64,000 bases of DNA from an uncultured Bacillales bacterium (GCA_946611235.1 CAMODE010000028.1:601-64600); one strand, 5' to 3'; counted from the stretch's first letter, positions 17,829 through 29,222 are shown. Made by a program: numbers and translations. Notes: generated by a model not told the origin, from the sequence alone.

Positions 17829-18507
17829 TACATTTAGGAATAATTAATTTATCTCCTACTTTAATATCTGTTATATCATTATAATCCTCTAACTCTTCTT
17901 TAGTAATACCATACTTATTTAATATCTTATCAATATTATCATCTTCCTTAACAATATAAACATAATAAGTAACATAAGTCTCAGTATCATCTAAATTAGA
18001 AAACAAATCATTAGAGACTTCTTCTCTATCTTCAACAGGAATATCTACTACCTCTACTTCTTCAAATTTAGGTTCTTCTTTTACTTCTTCTTCAGGTAAA
18101 ATATCAACTATTTCAGGTTCTTCTCTTACTTCTGCTATTTCTTCTTTCTCTTTTATATCTTCCTTAATAGGTTCAGGTAAGTATTCTGCTTCAATAAATA
18201 AATCAATATTAACCTTCAAAGTATCATTATCAACAATATCATAATAAAAGTCTTCAATATCAGCTTTCACTGTCTTTGTATCATATCTTGGATCTAAAGT
18301 AATATCAAAAGGTAGTTCAAAAGAAAACTCTTCCCTATTAATTGAACCTTCATTCATTTTATAATCCCCAGTTATATGAAACATACCAGTAACAATACCT
18401 TCATCTTCTACATTAATATCTCTTTCTAAAGAAATAGATGTAATATCACTAACCTTCGTTTTAAATGGTAATTCCTTTTTAAATGAAATAATTTGCTTCA
18501 TCGTCAC
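17818..18507 (-). CDS. spoVID: stage VI sporulation protein D-like (N-terminal SPOCS-like region, acidic linker, C-terminal LysM)
   Basis: The N-terminus (...ISLERDINVEDEGIVTGMFHITGDYKM) resembles SpoVID. E-rich middle. C-terminal LysM: YVYIVKEDDNIDKILNKYGITKEELEDYNDITDIKVGDKLIIP. Confidence 0.55.
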   Translation of the reverse strand: MTMKQIISFKKELPFKTKVSDITSISLERDINVEDEGIVTGMFHITGDYKMNEGSINREEFSFELPFDITLDPRYDTKTVKADIEDFYYDIVDNDTLKVNIDLFIEAEYLPEPIKEDIKEKEEIAEVREEPEIVDILPEEEVKEEPKFEEVEVVDIPVEDREEVSNDLFSNLDDTETYVTYYVYIVKEDDNIDKILNKYGITKEELEDYNDITDIKVGDKLIIPKCNEK

Positions 18508-18609
18508 TCTTCCTTTCTATCTAAATATATGAACAAATAAAAAAAATATGAATAACTAATACTAATTATAATAATTTTATGATATACTTAAATAAAGGAG
18601 GAGTAAAAA

Positions 18610-19053
18610 ATGTTAGGAAGTAATCTTTATAGTTATGGTTACAATAGTTCACCAAGTGGAGCTATGATCTGGATGATTATATCAGTAGTACTAGCTATTA
18701 TCGGAGGTATAGCATTATACTTTACAGTATTTGCTAAATCTAATGAAAACAAATTTACAGGTTTCATGAAATGGTTATATGATTTTGTAACATTTAAAAA
18801 AATGATGCTAGAATCATTACTTAGAGTACTATATATCATCGTAGCCATCTATATCACACTATCTTCATTTGCATTAATATCTACTAGTTTCGTAGGATTC
18901 TTAGCTATGTTAGTATTTGGTAACCTAATAGCAAGAATTATTTTTGAATTCTCATTAGTACTACTTACTATCTGCAAGAACACTACTGAAATAAATAGTA
19001 AAATGAAATCAGAAGTAAAACCTAAAAAAGAAGAAACAAAAGAAAAAGAATAG
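18610..19053 (+). CDS. hypothetical membrane protein
   Basis: 147-aa ORF with AAAGGAGGAG SD and 3-4 predicted TM segments. Confidence 0.6.
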   Translation: MLGSNLYSYGYNSSPSGAMIWMIISVVLAIIGGIALYFTVFAKSNENKFTGFMKWLYDFVTFKKMMLESLLRVLYIIVAIYITLSSFALISTSFVGFLAMLVFGNLIARIIFEFSLVLLTICKNTTEINSKMKSEVKPKKEETKEKE

Positions 19054-19059
19054 AAGCAT

Positions 19060-19728
19060 TTAACTTCTATTTTTTAATACTCTTAAATTCCTTTTAAGTT
19101 TAAGTTTATATAATAAGTGACCCTTTTCTATTCTAGATAATATCATCATAATAGTCTTAATCTCTTTATCACATTTCTTTATAAATAAATTATCATTCTT
19201 CTTTATAAGTATCGGCCCAAGATATAACTCTTTATAATTATATCTTTTTTTACCCTTACTAAACTTAATAACCGTATAAATAATATTAGCGTCTTCTACT
19301 AAAGTTTCATCTGCAATATAATAACCTAATTTAGTAACATTCTTTCTTAAAAAATATAAATCCGTATTACTTTGAATAATAATATCTTTAACATTAATAA
19401 GTTTATCTTTACTATATTTAAGAATACCCACTATCGTATTAGCTCCCATACCAGCAATAACTACAGTATCAATTTCCTCGGGAGTTACTACTTCAAGCCC
19501 ACTACCAAGTCTAGTCTCTATTCTACCATCTAAATGTTCCTTCTTAATATTCTCAATAGCGGTACCCAAAGCATTTTTATTAACATCACTAGCAATAATC
19601 TTAATATTATCATATTTCTTAGCCAAATAAATAGATAAAAGGCCGTGATCACAGCCTATATCTATTATTTTAGAATTATCATTTATATAAGAAGATACTA
19701 CTTCTAATCTCTTTGATAACTTATTCAT
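19060..19728 (-). CDS. trmK: tRNA (adenine22-N1)-methyltransferase
   Basis: [13 protein letters not shown]...IASDVN...RLGSGL...[10 protein letters not shown]. Located downstream of sigA, as in Bacillus (dnaG-sigA-trmK). Confidence 0.85.
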   Translation of the reverse strand: MNKLSKRLEVVSSYINDNSKIIDIGCDHGLLSIYLAKKYDNIKIIASDVNKNALGTAIENIKKEHLDGRIETRLGSGLEVVTPEEIDTVVIAGMGANTIVGILKYSKDKLINVKDIIIQSNTDLYFLRKNVTKLGYYIADETLVEDANIIYTVIKFSKGKKRYNYKELYLGPILIKKNDNLFIKKCDKEIKTIMMILSRIEKGHLLYKLKLKRNLRVLKNRS

Positions 19729-20821
19729 TTAAGAAATCCTTTAATTTTCTACTACGAGAAGGATGTCTTAACTTTCTAAGAGCTTTAGCTTCAATCTGTC
19801 TAATTCTCTCTCTCGTAACACCAAACATCTGACCAACTTCTTCAAGTGTTTTACTACTTCCATCATCAAGACCAAATCTAAGTCTAAGTACTTGTTCTTC
19901 TCTTTCTGTTAAAGTAAGAAGGACATCAGATATTTCTTCTTTAAGCATTTCATGAATAGTAAAGTCTTCTGGTGACATATTACTTTCATCTGGTACAAAA
20001 TCACCCAAATGCGAGTCATCCTCTTCTCCAATCGGAGTCTCTAGCGAAACTGGATCTTGAGCTATCTTAATAACTTCTCTAACCTTCTCAGGACTCATTC
20101 CCATCTTCTTAGCAAGTTCTTCATCCGTAGGCTCTCTATTAAGTTCAAGAGTAAGTTGTCTTTGAAACCTTGATAACTTATTAATTGTTTCAACCATATG
20201 AACTGGAACCCTAATCGTTCTAGCTTGATCTGCTATAGCTCTCGTAATAGCTTGTCTAATCCACCATGTAGCATAAGTAGAAAACTTAAATCCCTTATTA
20301 GCATCAAACTTTTCTACTGCTTTCATAAGACCAATATTTCCCTCTTGAATAAGGTCTAAGAAAAGCATTCCTCTACCAACATATCTCTTTGCAATAGATA
20401 CAACAAGACGAAGATTAGATTCCGCTAGTATATTCTTGGCTTCCTCATCACCATTAACAATTCTCTCTGATAATTTAGTCTCTTCTTCTAGTGATAATAA
20501 ACTAATCTTACCAATTTCTTTTAAATACATTCTTACCGGATCGTTAATAGTTAACTCTTTAGCAATATTATCATCTTTTAAAATATCTTCTAAATTACCA
20601 CCAGCATCATCATCTTCACTAGCATCATCTAAATCAGACTCAGATACAACACTTATATCATTTTCCATTAATGCATTATATAAATCATCAAGTAAATCAC
20701 TACTAACTTCTAAACCTTTAAGTTCTTCTGCTAACTCCTCATATGTAATAAAACCTAATTCTTTTCCTTTTTTAATCAAAGCTTCTTTTCTAGCTTCAAA
20801 ATCTTTAATCTCTGGTACCAT
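19721..20821 (-). CDS. sigA: RNA polymerase primary sigma factor
   Basis: Regions 1.2-4.2 recognisable: [65 protein letters not shown]. Confidence 0.95.
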   Translation of the reverse strand: MVPEIKDFEARKEALIKKGKELGFITYEELAEELKGLEVSSDLLDDLYNALMENDISVVSESDLDDASEDDDAGGNLEDILKDDNIAKELTINDPVRMYLKEIGKISLLSLEEETKLSERIVNGDEEAKNILAESNLRLVVSIAKRYVGRGMLFLDLIQEGNIGLMKAVEKFDANKGFKFSTYATWWIRQAITRAIADQARTIRVPVHMVETINKLSRFQRQLTLELNREPTDEELAKKMGMSPEKVREVIKIAQDPVSLETPIGEEDDSHLGDFVPDESNMSPEDFTIHEMLKEEISDVLLTLTEREEQVLRLRFGLDDGSSKTLEEVGQMFGVTRERIRQIEAKALRKLRHPSRSRKLKDFLNE

Positions 20822-22538
20822 TTCTTACTCCTTTTCTTAAATTCATAATCTCTAAAGATATTTTTGCTTGTTTAAGAGGATCTTTCTCTTCTTTTAGTTT
20901 CATCTTAAGGTCATTTATCCTTACTTCTTTATGATACTCATTTACCACAAAAATATAATCCTCAATCTCTTCTAATTTAAAATCTTCCTCTTTATCCATA
21001 GCAATAATTTCTTTTAAAGTATGAAGTATTTCATCTCTATCTGCAATATAACTAATAAAATCAGCGACATTTATTATACCATATTTATGAAAATAGTAAA
21101 TAATTTCATTAGATAATTCCCGAATATTTTTATCAGGAAAATATCCTACCCTCTTTTCAACCATATTAATAACCGTACTACTTCTTAGCATATAATAAAT
21201 AAGACTAGTTTGCGCTTTACCATATTTATCGTATACCTTTTTAGGTTTAATATCATTTACTATTTCTTTCTTTTTACTTTTTAAATTATCATACTTACTT
21301 CTTAAAGTATTATAATCTACATTATAATTGGTAGATAATTTCTTTAAATTAAGTTCTACCGCTATATCATCATTAATATTAACAAGTTCTTTAACAGCAC
21401 TATTTAAGTATGATGATATATCCTTAATATCATTTAAATTCTTATTCTTCTTAAGAATCTCCATCTTATAGTCTACTAAACTGGTAGCATTCTTTATTTG
21501 TTCTTTAAAAGAATCTGCTCCTTCTTTTAATATATACTCATCAGGATCCATATTATTAGGTAGTCTTACTACTCTAATATTAATATTAGTATCTTCTAAA
21601 AGTTCTATCGCTGCATTCGTAGCCTTTTCCCCCGCGGCATCTCCATCAAAGCAAAGAATAATATTATCTGTCATATTCTTAAGAATACTTCTGTGGTCTT
21701 TTGTTAAAGCTGTTCCCATGGTAGCAATGCAATTATTAATGCCTACCGTCGAACTTCTTATAACATCCATCTGACCTTCCATTAATATAACACTATCATT
21801 TTTCTTTAAGTATTCTCTAGCAATATGATAATTATATAGTATTTTACCCTTCTTAAACTTATCGGTCTCTTTAGTATTAATATACTTAGAATTATCTTTC
21901 GTATTATATATTCTACCTGAAAAAGCAACTACATTACCACTTAAATCATGTATTGGAAACATAATTCTATTAATAAATATATCATTACCATTCTCATTGG
22001 TAAGACCAATATCAATAAGCTTATCTACATTATATTTCTTACTCTTAAGATAATCCGTAAGAGAAACCTTCTGAATAGAAAGACCGATACCAAACTTTTT
22101 AATCGTATCTTTATCTATCTTTCTCTTTTCTAAATACTCTATAGCATTCTTACCTAAACTAGTAAATAAACTATTCTGATAAAACTTACTAGCAAGATTA
22201 TATATATCAATATAATCATCTTTCTCTTTTTTAGTAATAATATTACTTCCTATATTAATACCAACTTTATCTCCTAGTAGTTTAACTGCTTCACTAAAAG
22301 ATATCTTTTCAAAATCAGATACAAAAGTAAATACATTACCTGATGCACCACATGAAAAACAAGTAAATATCTGTTTTTCTGGACTAACACTCATACTAGG
22401 AGAATGATCATCATGAAAAGGACATACTCCTATATAATTCTTTCCTCTTTTTGTAAGATTAACATATCTAGATACTACATCTACTATATCTGTTTTATTT
22501 CTTATTTCATTAATAACTTCATTACTGATATAAGCCAT
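20805..22538 (-). CDS. dnaG: DNA primase
   Basis: Zinc-binding [13 protein letters not shown]...[11 protein letters not shown] and TOPRIM ([21 protein letters not shown]). Start trimmed to MAYISNEVI after AAGGAG. Confidence 0.93.
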   Translation of the reverse strand: MAYISNEVINEIRNKTDIVDVVSRYVNLTKRGKNYIGVCPFHDDHSPSMSVSPEKQIFTCFSCGASGNVFTFVSDFEKISFSEAVKLLGDKVGINIGSNIITKKEKDDYIDIYNLASKFYQNSLFTSLGKNAIEYLEKRKIDKDTIKKFGIGLSIQKVSLTDYLKSKKYNVDKLIDIGLTNENGNDIFINRIMFPIHDLSGNVVAFSGRIYNTKDNSKYINTKETDKFKKGKILYNYHIAREYLKKNDSVILMEGQMDVIRSSTVGINNCIATMGTALTKDHRSILKNMTDNIILCFDGDAAGEKATNAAIELLEDTNINIRVVRLPNNMDPDEYILKEGADSFKEQIKNATSLVDYKMEILKKNKNLNDIKDISSYLNSAVKELVNINDDIAVELNLKKLSTNYNVDYNTLRSKYDNLKSKKKEIVNDIKPKKVYDKYGKAQTSLIYYMLRSSTVINMVEKRVGYFPDKNIRELSNEIIYYFHKYGIINVADFISYIADRDEILHTLKEIIAMDKEEDFKLEEIEDYIFVVNEYHKEVRINDLKMKLKEEKDPLKQAKISLEIMNLRKGVRNGTRD

Positions 22539-22659
22539 AAAACCCATCTCCTTACAAAAAACCAATATAATTATATAACAAATACTTTTCTTTGTAAAGC
22601 AAAAGTTAACTCTATCTATAATAAAAAGCAGTATTTAATACCACTTTATATTATAATTA

Positions 22660-22701
22660 ACGCTTCGCTTACCCGGATTAACAAGTTAATCCTCCATTAC
22701 C
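22660..22701 (+). repeat. ~42-nt GC-enriched intergenic repeat, copy B
   Basis: acgcttcgcttacccggattaacaagttaatcctccattacc. Perfect palindromic core GGATTAAC-AA-GTTAATCC (22675-22692). Lies upstream of dnaG. Confidence 0.6.
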
Positions 22702-22931
22702 CTTTACTAGAAATAATCTGGTATATATTCTTTATTCTAGATATATTATCTAAGGATTTCATATATAACTATAATAAATAAAAAGATACTAATAACTAAG
22801 ATAATATCTCTTACTACATAATTATCTTTCATATCAATAAGAAGTATCATTAAAGATATAATTAAAATAGGAAGAATAAATACTCTTTTTCTCATACTAA
22901 AATATATTAAAAATAGACCTCTATTAGAAGT

Positions 22932-23507
22932 CTACTCTATTATTTCTATACCATTAAATTCAACATTAATAACTTTCCTACTAGCTAAAAAATCACACAT
23001 ATGAACAAATCTTTGATATTTATTTTTAGGTTTAGGAAGCACTTCATTACCATTATAATCCGTATTCCAATTACCCATATGTGTACTAATAACACTAGTA
23101 ACAAAATCAATATCTTCATCACCAAGTGATAACTTATCCTTATGTTCTTTTATAAAAGAAGAAGCAAGTAATGGATGATCAACTCTTGTATATCTTTCTT
23201 TGGGATTACCACATTTTAATCCATCATGTAAAGTAAGAGCAAGTATTATCAAATCCTTTTCCCTATTAGTAAAATTATTTAATGCCAGATTATTCATTAA
23301 CTCATAAGCAATACGTACTGCCACCTTAGTATGCCTAACAAGTCCATGTTCTCCAGAAGCAAACTTCGGATGATATTTACCAGTAGAAGAAGCTTCTATT
23401 TCAAAGAAATAATCAGGTAAATTACTAACTAAGTATTTTAAATCTTCTCTTATCTTATCATCTTTAATAAAATTATATTCCCTATTAAAATAATCTATTT
23501 TCTCCAT
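22932..23507 (-). CDS. HD-domain phosphohydrolase
   Basis: H...HD pattern (GLVRHTKV..., ALTLHDGLK) in a 191-aa protein. Confidence 0.65.
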   Translation of the reverse strand: MEKIDYFNREYNFIKDDKIREDLKYLVSNLPDYFFEIEASSTGKYHPKFASGEHGLVRHTKVAVRIAYELMNNLALNNFTNREKDLIILALTLHDGLKCGNPKERYTRVDHPLLASSFIKEHKDKLSLGDEDIDFVTSVISTHMGNWNTDYNGNEVLPKPKNKYQRFVHMCDFLASRKVINVEFNGIEIIE

Positions 23508-23513
23508 ATATAC

Positions 23514-24314
23514 CTACTTTCTAATATTAACATCAACAGTAGTATAAGGAATACTTATGCCTTCTTTATCAAAAGCATCCTTTACAAGTCTAAGTACTTT
23601 TCTCTTTATACCTAAAGAAGTCATTGCCTTACAACTAATATCTACCATATAAACAATGGAAGAATCACTAAATTCATCTAACCCAAGTAATTGATAATCA
23701 AGAACATTCTCAATATTAAGGATATCTTTCTTTAATCCTCCAAGAACCTTTTCCAACTTATCAATATCCGTATCATATGCTACATTAAGTTTAAGAAACA
23801 AATCAGCATTAGCCATATTAAAATTAGTAACCTCACTAAATGAAGCATTACCAATACACTTTACTTCACCAGAAAAAGACTTTATTTTAGTAGTCCTAAG
23901 TCCTAGTTCAATAACCGTACCCTTAAATCCATTTATTTCAACAACATCTCCAACAGCATATTTATTATCAAAGATAATAGAAATACCCGCTAATAAATCT
24001 TTTAAGATATCTTGAAAGGCAAGACCAATAACCGCAGCAAATACACCAAGTGATGCTATAATACTAGTAGTATCTACTCCGTATAATTTAAGAATACCAA
24101 GTACTATAAATATAAGAACTATATACTTAACTACACTTCTAAGTAAATTAATAATAGTTCCTTTTCTCTTATCTTTATAACTCTTACCACTATGTCTAGA
24201 TAATAACTTATCTATAACTTTACTAAGTAAACTATATATAATAACTCCAATTAAAATATAAACAACTGGCATATATACCTTTTCATTAGTAATAAACTTT
24301 ATAACTTTCTCCAT
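23514..24314 (-). CDS. mscS: small-conductance mechanosensitive channel (MscS family)
   Basis: Three N-terminal TMs followed by ...LAFQDILKDLLAGISIIFDNKYAVGDVVEINGFKGTVIELGLRTTKI... Confidence 0.85.
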   Translation of the reverse strand: MEKVIKFITNEKVYMPVVYILIGVIIYSLLSKVIDKLLSRHSGKSYKDKRKGTIINLLRSVVKYIVLIFIVLGILKLYGVDTTSIIASLGVFAAVIGLAFQDILKDLLAGISIIFDNKYAVGDVVEINGFKGTVIELGLRTTKIKSFSGEVKCIGNASFSEVTNFNMANADLFLKLNVAYDTDIDKLEKVLGGLKKDILNIENVLDYQLLGLDEFSDSSIVYMVDISCKAMTSLGIKRKVLRLVKDAFDKEGISIPYTTVDVNIRK

Positions 24315-24362
24315 AACTACATCCCTCTTTCATTCTAATTATAAAATATTTAATATATTATG

Positions 24363-25439
24363 TCAATTAAATATCCTACTTATAATCTCATTAGATATAT
24401 ACATATATTCCTTATTAATTCTAAGATAATTATTATCTTTAATTAAATAATTATCTTTAACCAATTCATCTATATCAAATACATCATCAATATCTTTACC
24501 ATATCTATCCCTAAATTTATTTAAATTAATACCATCTAATTTTCTTAGCCCTAACATTACTTCATTTTCCATTCTAGTGGAAGTATCTTCTATTTCTTCA
24601 TTACCTTTATAATTACCATTTAAATACTTAGATAAATTCTTCGTATTAACAATTCTTATATTATCAATATAACTAGTACTAGAAAGTCCAAATCCATAAT
24701 AATAATCATTATTCCAATATACTAAGTTATGTTTAGATTCATAACCTTCTTTAGCATAATTACTAATTTCATAATGCTTATAATTATTATCTTCTAAAGT
24801 CTTTTCAATATATTTATACATTTCATAATCTAAGTCTTCATTAATATTTTTAGTACCATTTATTTTAAGTATTGTATTATCTTCAATAATTAAACTATAA
24901 GTAGATATATGCGGAATATCCAATTTAAGGAAATAATCTATATCCCTTTTTAATATATCAATATCATTATAAGCAGCATATATTAAATCAATATTAATAT
25001 TATCAAAATACTTCTTAACTAATTCTATTTTCTTAAAAATATCTTCTTTATTATGCTTTCTTCCAAGTACTTTTAAAGTATCATCATCAAAAGATTCAAC
25101 CCCAATACTAATTCTATTAACACCATATTCTTTCATTAATATAAGTTTATCTTCATCAATAGATTCAACATTACTTTCTATCGTATATTCAATTATATCT
25201 TCAACATCAAATATCCTAATAATATCAAATAATCTCTTTAGTTCATCTAAACTTAAACTAGTCGGAGTTCCTCCTCCTATAAAGATAGTTTTAACTTTTT
25301 CACCTTTATATCTTTCTCTTATTTCTTTCTCTAACATATCTAAATAATTACTAATATATTTTTCATTATAAATAATTTTACAAAAATCACAATAAGTACA
25401 AATACTAGTGCAAAAAGGAATATGAATATATATCGACAT
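24363..25439 (-). CDS. hemW: radical SAM heme chaperone HemW (HemN-like)
   Basis: IHIPFCTSICTYCDFC (CxxxCxxC) and the HemN C-terminal region. Start trimmed to MSIYIHIPFC (ORF track 25508). Confidence 0.85.
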   Translation of the reverse strand: MSIYIHIPFCTSICTYCDFCKIIYNEKYISNYLDMLEKEIRERYKGEKVKTIFIGGGTPTSLSLDELKRLFDIIRIFDVEDIIEYTIESNVESIDEDKLILMKEYGVNRISIGVESFDDDTLKVLGRKHNKEDIFKKIELVKKYFDNINIDLIYAAYNDIDILKRDIDYFLKLDIPHISTYSLIIEDNTILKINGTKNINEDLDYEMYKYIEKTLEDNNYKHYEISNYAKEGYESKHNLVYWNNDYYYGFGLSSTSYIDNIRIVNTKNLSKYLNGNYKGNEEIEDTSTRMENEVMLGLRKLDGINLNKFRDRYGKDIDDVFDIDELVKDNYLIKDNNYLRINKEYMYISNEIISRIFN

Positions 25440-25528
25440 AACATCACCAAAAATAGAATAACATACAAAGTATTTATTATCAAGTATAAAAAAGTAAAAT
25501 AATTCCATTATAATAATGGTGATTAAAA

Positions 25529-25735
25529 ATGGATAATATCGATGTTAGAAAGTACATTATAAATAATTTCAAAGAAGATACTAAAGAACAAATAAAGTCT
25601 TCTATTGAAGAATCAATATCAACTCATGATGATGATACTTTAATAGGACTAGGAGTACTATTTGAATTAGCATGGAATAATAGTACTGAAGAAGAAAAAG
25701 AAAAAATACTTTCTAATATAAAAAAAGGTATGTAA
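25529..25735 (+). CDS. sspI: small acid-soluble spore protein SspI
   Basis: 68 aa. IGLGVLFELAWNNSTEEEKEKIL parallels B. subtilis SspI (LPGLGVLFEVIW...SEKNEML). Confidence 0.7.
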   Translation: MDNIDVRKYIINNFKEDTKEQIKSSIEESISTHDDDTLIGLGVLFELAWNNSTEEEKEKILSNIKKGM

Positions 25736-25739
25736 TTAT

Positions 25740-26690
25740 TTACATATCTTTTTTAGCAATTAATAATTCAATACCCGTATTACCATCAATTAAACTAAGC
25801 TTAATATCATGATCTAATTCAGCTAATTTAGATAAATATTTAAGCAAATCATTCTCACTATAATAATAACTATCACTAAGTAAATATTTAACCCTATATA
25901 CACTTTTAAATTCAAGTATCTTAGCTATTTCATCATTACTTTTACCCTGATTATAAAGTCTCTTAACTTGAAATAATAATCTAATTTGCGAAGCTAACAT
26001 ATTTATAATTTGACTAGCATCCATACCATCTAATACAAAATTATTATATAGTTTTATAGCTTTACTAGTCTCTTTCTTAATAATAGCTCCTACTAAATCA
26101 AATATTGTATCATCAATATTCTCATTAGTAAGTAAATTAATATCTTCTTTAGTTATTTCTTTACTATCTATTTTATATAACATTAATTTATCAAGTTCAT
26201 TAGTCAAATTATCAATATTATTACCACACCTATTAATTAAATAAGTAGCAAGTAACTTACTAAACTTATAACCATTACTATCTAAGTAACTAATAACATA
26301 ATTACATAAATAATCTTCTGTTGCTTCTACTTTTTTAACTATACCTTTACTACTAATAAGTTTAACTAACTTTTTTCTAGAATCAACTGAAGCACTATTA
26401 GAAATAAACAGTAAATAACTATTAGAATTATAATTATCAAAATAATCTTCAAGTAACTTTATATCATCAATATCTTTCTTATCAGATAAATAACTAGTAC
26501 TATCAATAATTAATAACTTAGTACTAGAAAACATACTAATAGTTTCCGCTTCATTAACAATATCTTCAATACTATTAATATCGTAATAGATAATATCATC
26601 ATTATTAACAGAAATACTTTTTTTAATATTATCAATTTCTTTATTCAGTATAGCTTTATCATCACTATATAATAAATAAAAATTCTTCAT
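25740..26690 (-). CDS. holA: DNA polymerase III subunit delta
   Basis: Size and N-terminal (FYLLYSDDKAILNKEI...) and C-terminal helical-domain pattern are typical of HolA. Start trimmed to MKNFYLLY. Confidence 0.7.
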   Translation of the reverse strand: MKNFYLLYSDDKAILNKEIDNIKKSISVNNDDIIYYDINSIEDIVNEAETISMFSSTKLLIIDSTSYLSDKKDIDDIKLLEDYFDNYNSNSYLLFISNSASVDSRKKLVKLISSKGIVKKVEATEDYLCNYVISYLDSNGYKFSKLLATYLINRCGNNIDNLTNELDKLMLYKIDSKEITKEDINLLTNENIDDTIFDLVGAIIKKETSKAIKLYNNFVLDGMDASQIINMLASQIRLLFQVKRLYNQGKSNDEIAKILEFKSVYRVKYLLSDSYYYSENDLLKYLSKLAELDHDIKLSLIDGNTGIELLIAKKDM

Positions 26691-26695
26691 GCATA

Positions 26696-27574
26696 TCACT
26701 CTTCTTTTATTTTGCAACTATAACCATCATTCTCAAAGTAAGAAATAAGTTCCTCTTTATTATCAGGTAAAAAATAATCAGTATTAACATCTATCTTAGA
26801 AAAAACTCTATAAGTATAATTAATATCATCAAATTTATAAGTATCAGCTTCTTCTATATACTTATAAAAATAACTCTTATTTTTAAATTCATTATAATAA
26901 TTAGTATCATTAAAAACATAATCAGTATTAATATCAATACTCATAACAATACCTTTGCTATTAAAAATAACAATTCTATTTTCATTAATAGTCGCAGGTA
27001 ATTCATTATGTCTATAATTCTTATCACAAGAATAAATAGTATTCTTTCCGTTAATAACTTCTGGATTAACAAAGAAAAATACTCCTATCACAATTAATAA
27101 TACCATAATACCAATAACAAATAAAGGTATCTTTTTCTTTGAAACTTCTTTTACTTCCTCACTCTTTTCCTTAGGTATAGTAATATCATCTAATTTATTA
27201 ATATCAACTGAATAATCATATATTAATTCATCAATAATCTGAATACTTTGAATACTATCAAGATTTTCTATTTCATAACTATTATCAATATTACCAGAAA
27301 TAATATTATCAATAAAATTCTTTATAATATCCTTATCAGTATCTTTAGATACCATAACAGTACCAATATTATCCTTAACAAAAAAAGATCCAAAATATAA
27401 CTTCTTATTATCATAACTATAAACAATATACTTATTACCACTCTTAATATTTTTAAATACACCAAATACATTAATATAAACAGTTTCTTGTCCATAAGTA
27501 AACTTATAATCACTAATTCTAATCCTTTTCCCTATCATCTTATATTCCTTTCTCATATAAGAAAAAACTGACAA
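26696..27574 (-). CDS. hypothetical single-pass membrane protein
   Basis: 292-aa ORF with a central TM (IPLFVIGIMVLLIVIGVFFFV). Confidence 0.5.
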   Translation of the reverse strand: MSVFSYMRKEYKMIGKRIRISDYKFTYGQETVYINVFGVFKNIKSGNKYIVYSYDNKKLYFGSFFVKDNIGTVMVSKDTDKDIIKNFIDNIISGNIDNSYEIENLDSIQSIQIIDELIYDYSVDINKLDDITIPKEKSEEVKEVSKKKIPLFVIGIMVLLIVIGVFFFVNPEVINGKNTIYSCDKNYRHNELPATINENRIVIFNSKGIVMSIDINTDYVFNDTNYYNEFKNKSYFYKYIEEADTYKFDDINYTYRVFSKIDVNTDYFLPDNKEELISYFENDGYSCKIKEE

Positions 27575-27579
27575 GCAGT

Positions 27580-28137
27580 TTATTCATATTTAATTTGATT
27601 AGCAAAAATATCAAATTCCCCACTGAAAGAACAATCTTGTTCATTATTTTGATTCTCTTTTGTTTCCATAAGCCAAAGTAAAACTGTAAAATCTTTTGTT
27701 TCACCACTCTTTAAAAACACATTAGAAGTCATAAGAATCTTACCACTACTAGGTAACCCCCCAGTAGTAATCTTATTACCATTAGCATCATATAAAGAAT
27801 ATCTTAAATGATTACTAACAAATTCATTCTTTGTAATATCAATATATAAATCAATAGTTTGATCTAAAGTACCATTACTAGTAACAGAAAAATTCTTCGT
27901 ATATACATATGTAGTATCTCCAAGTTTAGGTTCATCAATAGGAAATAAATCATATGCCTTAATTTCCTTACCATCAACATAATTAATTGATAAAGTACCC
28001 GTCCAAATCTGTGTACTATCATCTTCTTCTTTACCAGCAAGTGTAAAATATGCAAAAGTAATACCAATAGCCATTATAATTAATGCCAAAATCAAAATAA
28101 CTAAATAATAACCATTAACCCTTTTACCATTTTCCAT
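27580..28137 (-). CDS. secreted protein with TasA/camelysin-type (SipW-cognate-like) signal region
   Basis: N-terminal TM ending in GITFAYFT, which resembles the (G)TFAYFSD motif of SipW-dependent signal peptides. The remainder is beta-rich. Confidence 0.4.
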   Translation of the reverse strand: MENGKRVNGYYLVILILALIIMAIGITFAYFTLAGKEEDDSTQIWTGTLSINYVDGKEIKAYDLFPIDEPKLGDTTYVYTKNFSVTSNGTLDQTIDLYIDITKNEFVSNHLRYSLYDANGNKITTGGLPSSGKILMTSNVFLKSGETKDFTVLLWLMETKENQNNEQDCSFSGEFDIFANQIKYE

Positions 28138-28209
28138 ATCGGCACCACCTTCTATATATCTATAACAATAATATCAAAAATATAAAAAAAAAGCAATATC
28201 ATCTATTGC

Positions 28210-28503
28210 TTAATTTAAAAATTTAATAAATTCTTCTTTAGACATAAAACCAGTATGTCTTTTAACTTCATTACCATTTTCAAATAGTATTATTGTAGGA
28301 ATACTCATAATACCATATCCTCTGGCAATATCTGAATATTCATCAGTATCTAATTTAATAAAATTCATATCTATTTCATTAGAAACTTCTTCAAATATTG
28401 GAGCAAACATCTTACAAGGTCCACACCAAGTAGCATAAAAATCCACTACTGCTTTCTTTTCTATTAAAGAAGAAAAATCTTTTTCATAATGAATAAGTCC
28501 CAT
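28210..28503 (-). CDS. trxA: thioredoxin
   Basis: WCGPCK active site in a 97-aa protein. Confidence 0.9.
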   Translation of the reverse strand: MGLIHYEKDFSSLIEKKAVVDFYATWCGPCKMFAPIFEEVSNEIDMNFIKLDTDEYSDIARGYGIMSIPTIILFENGNEVKRHTGFMSKEEFIKFLN

Positions 28504-28514
28504 ATCTTAACCTC

Positions 28515-29210
28515 CTATTCTAATATAGTATTATCACTTAAATGAAGTTTATTCTTTTCTACTAACTTTCTCGCAGATTCTTTTGTAATAACTTCCTTAT
28601 CAAATAACACTTTTAATATCTCCGTATTAACTTCTTCACTCGTTTTATTTTCTTTATTGTCAATAAGTTCATATACTTCACCATATGTTCCAATAATATC
28701 TTCAGCCATCGATGATAATACTGGAGTATCATTAAGCATAAAATTAGCAAGTTTTGATTCCTTTACATAAGAAATATTAAATACCGGTAAAGATAAAAAT
28801 ACTAAAGTAATAAATACATAAACATACATTTCAATCATACCAACAAATATACCAAGTATTTTTGAAGGGATACTAAGTATAATCGTAGCCTTAAGTATTT
28901 TCTCAATAAGACCAGTAACCATAAGTAATACCCTTAAAATAACTAATAATAAAGCAAATACAATAATAAAAGCAAGAACTTCATAAAACAAAATATTAAT
29001 AACTTCTACCCCTTTAATAAGACCACCAAAATCATAAAAAGGTAAATTTTCATACATAATAACTGATAAATAATTTTTAAGATAAAAAGCTATAATAACA
29101 ATAACAAGTGTACCAACAAAATCGGTTGTTTTTTTTATTACTCCCGCTTTAAATCCTCCTATTGCTCCAAGAGCAATTAATATAAGTATAATAATATCTA
29201 CTACTACCAT
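28515..29210 (-). CDS. CvpA-family membrane protein
   Basis: N-terminal VDIIILILIALGAIGGFKAGVIKK and four TMs, typical of the CvpA family. Confidence 0.65.
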   Translation of the reverse strand: MVVVDIIILILIALGAIGGFKAGVIKKTTDFVGTLVIVIIAFYLKNYLSVIMYENLPFYDFGGLIKGVEVINILFYEVLAFIIVFALLLVILRVLLMVTGLIEKILKATIILSIPSKILGIFVGMIEMYVYVFITLVFLSLPVFNISYVKESKLANFMLNDTPVLSSMAEDIIGTYGEVYELIDNKENKTSEEVNTEILKVLFDKEVITKESARKLVEKNKLHLSDNTILE

Positions 29211-29222
29211 AAAATCACCATC

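Noticed and set aside
22746-22895. 49-aa hydrophobic minus-strand ORF (MRKRVFILPILIISLMILLIDMKDNYV...) upstream of dnaG.
   Set aside because: It has no convincing Shine-Dalgarno sequence and a composition typical of random AT-rich frames, so it is too weak to call.
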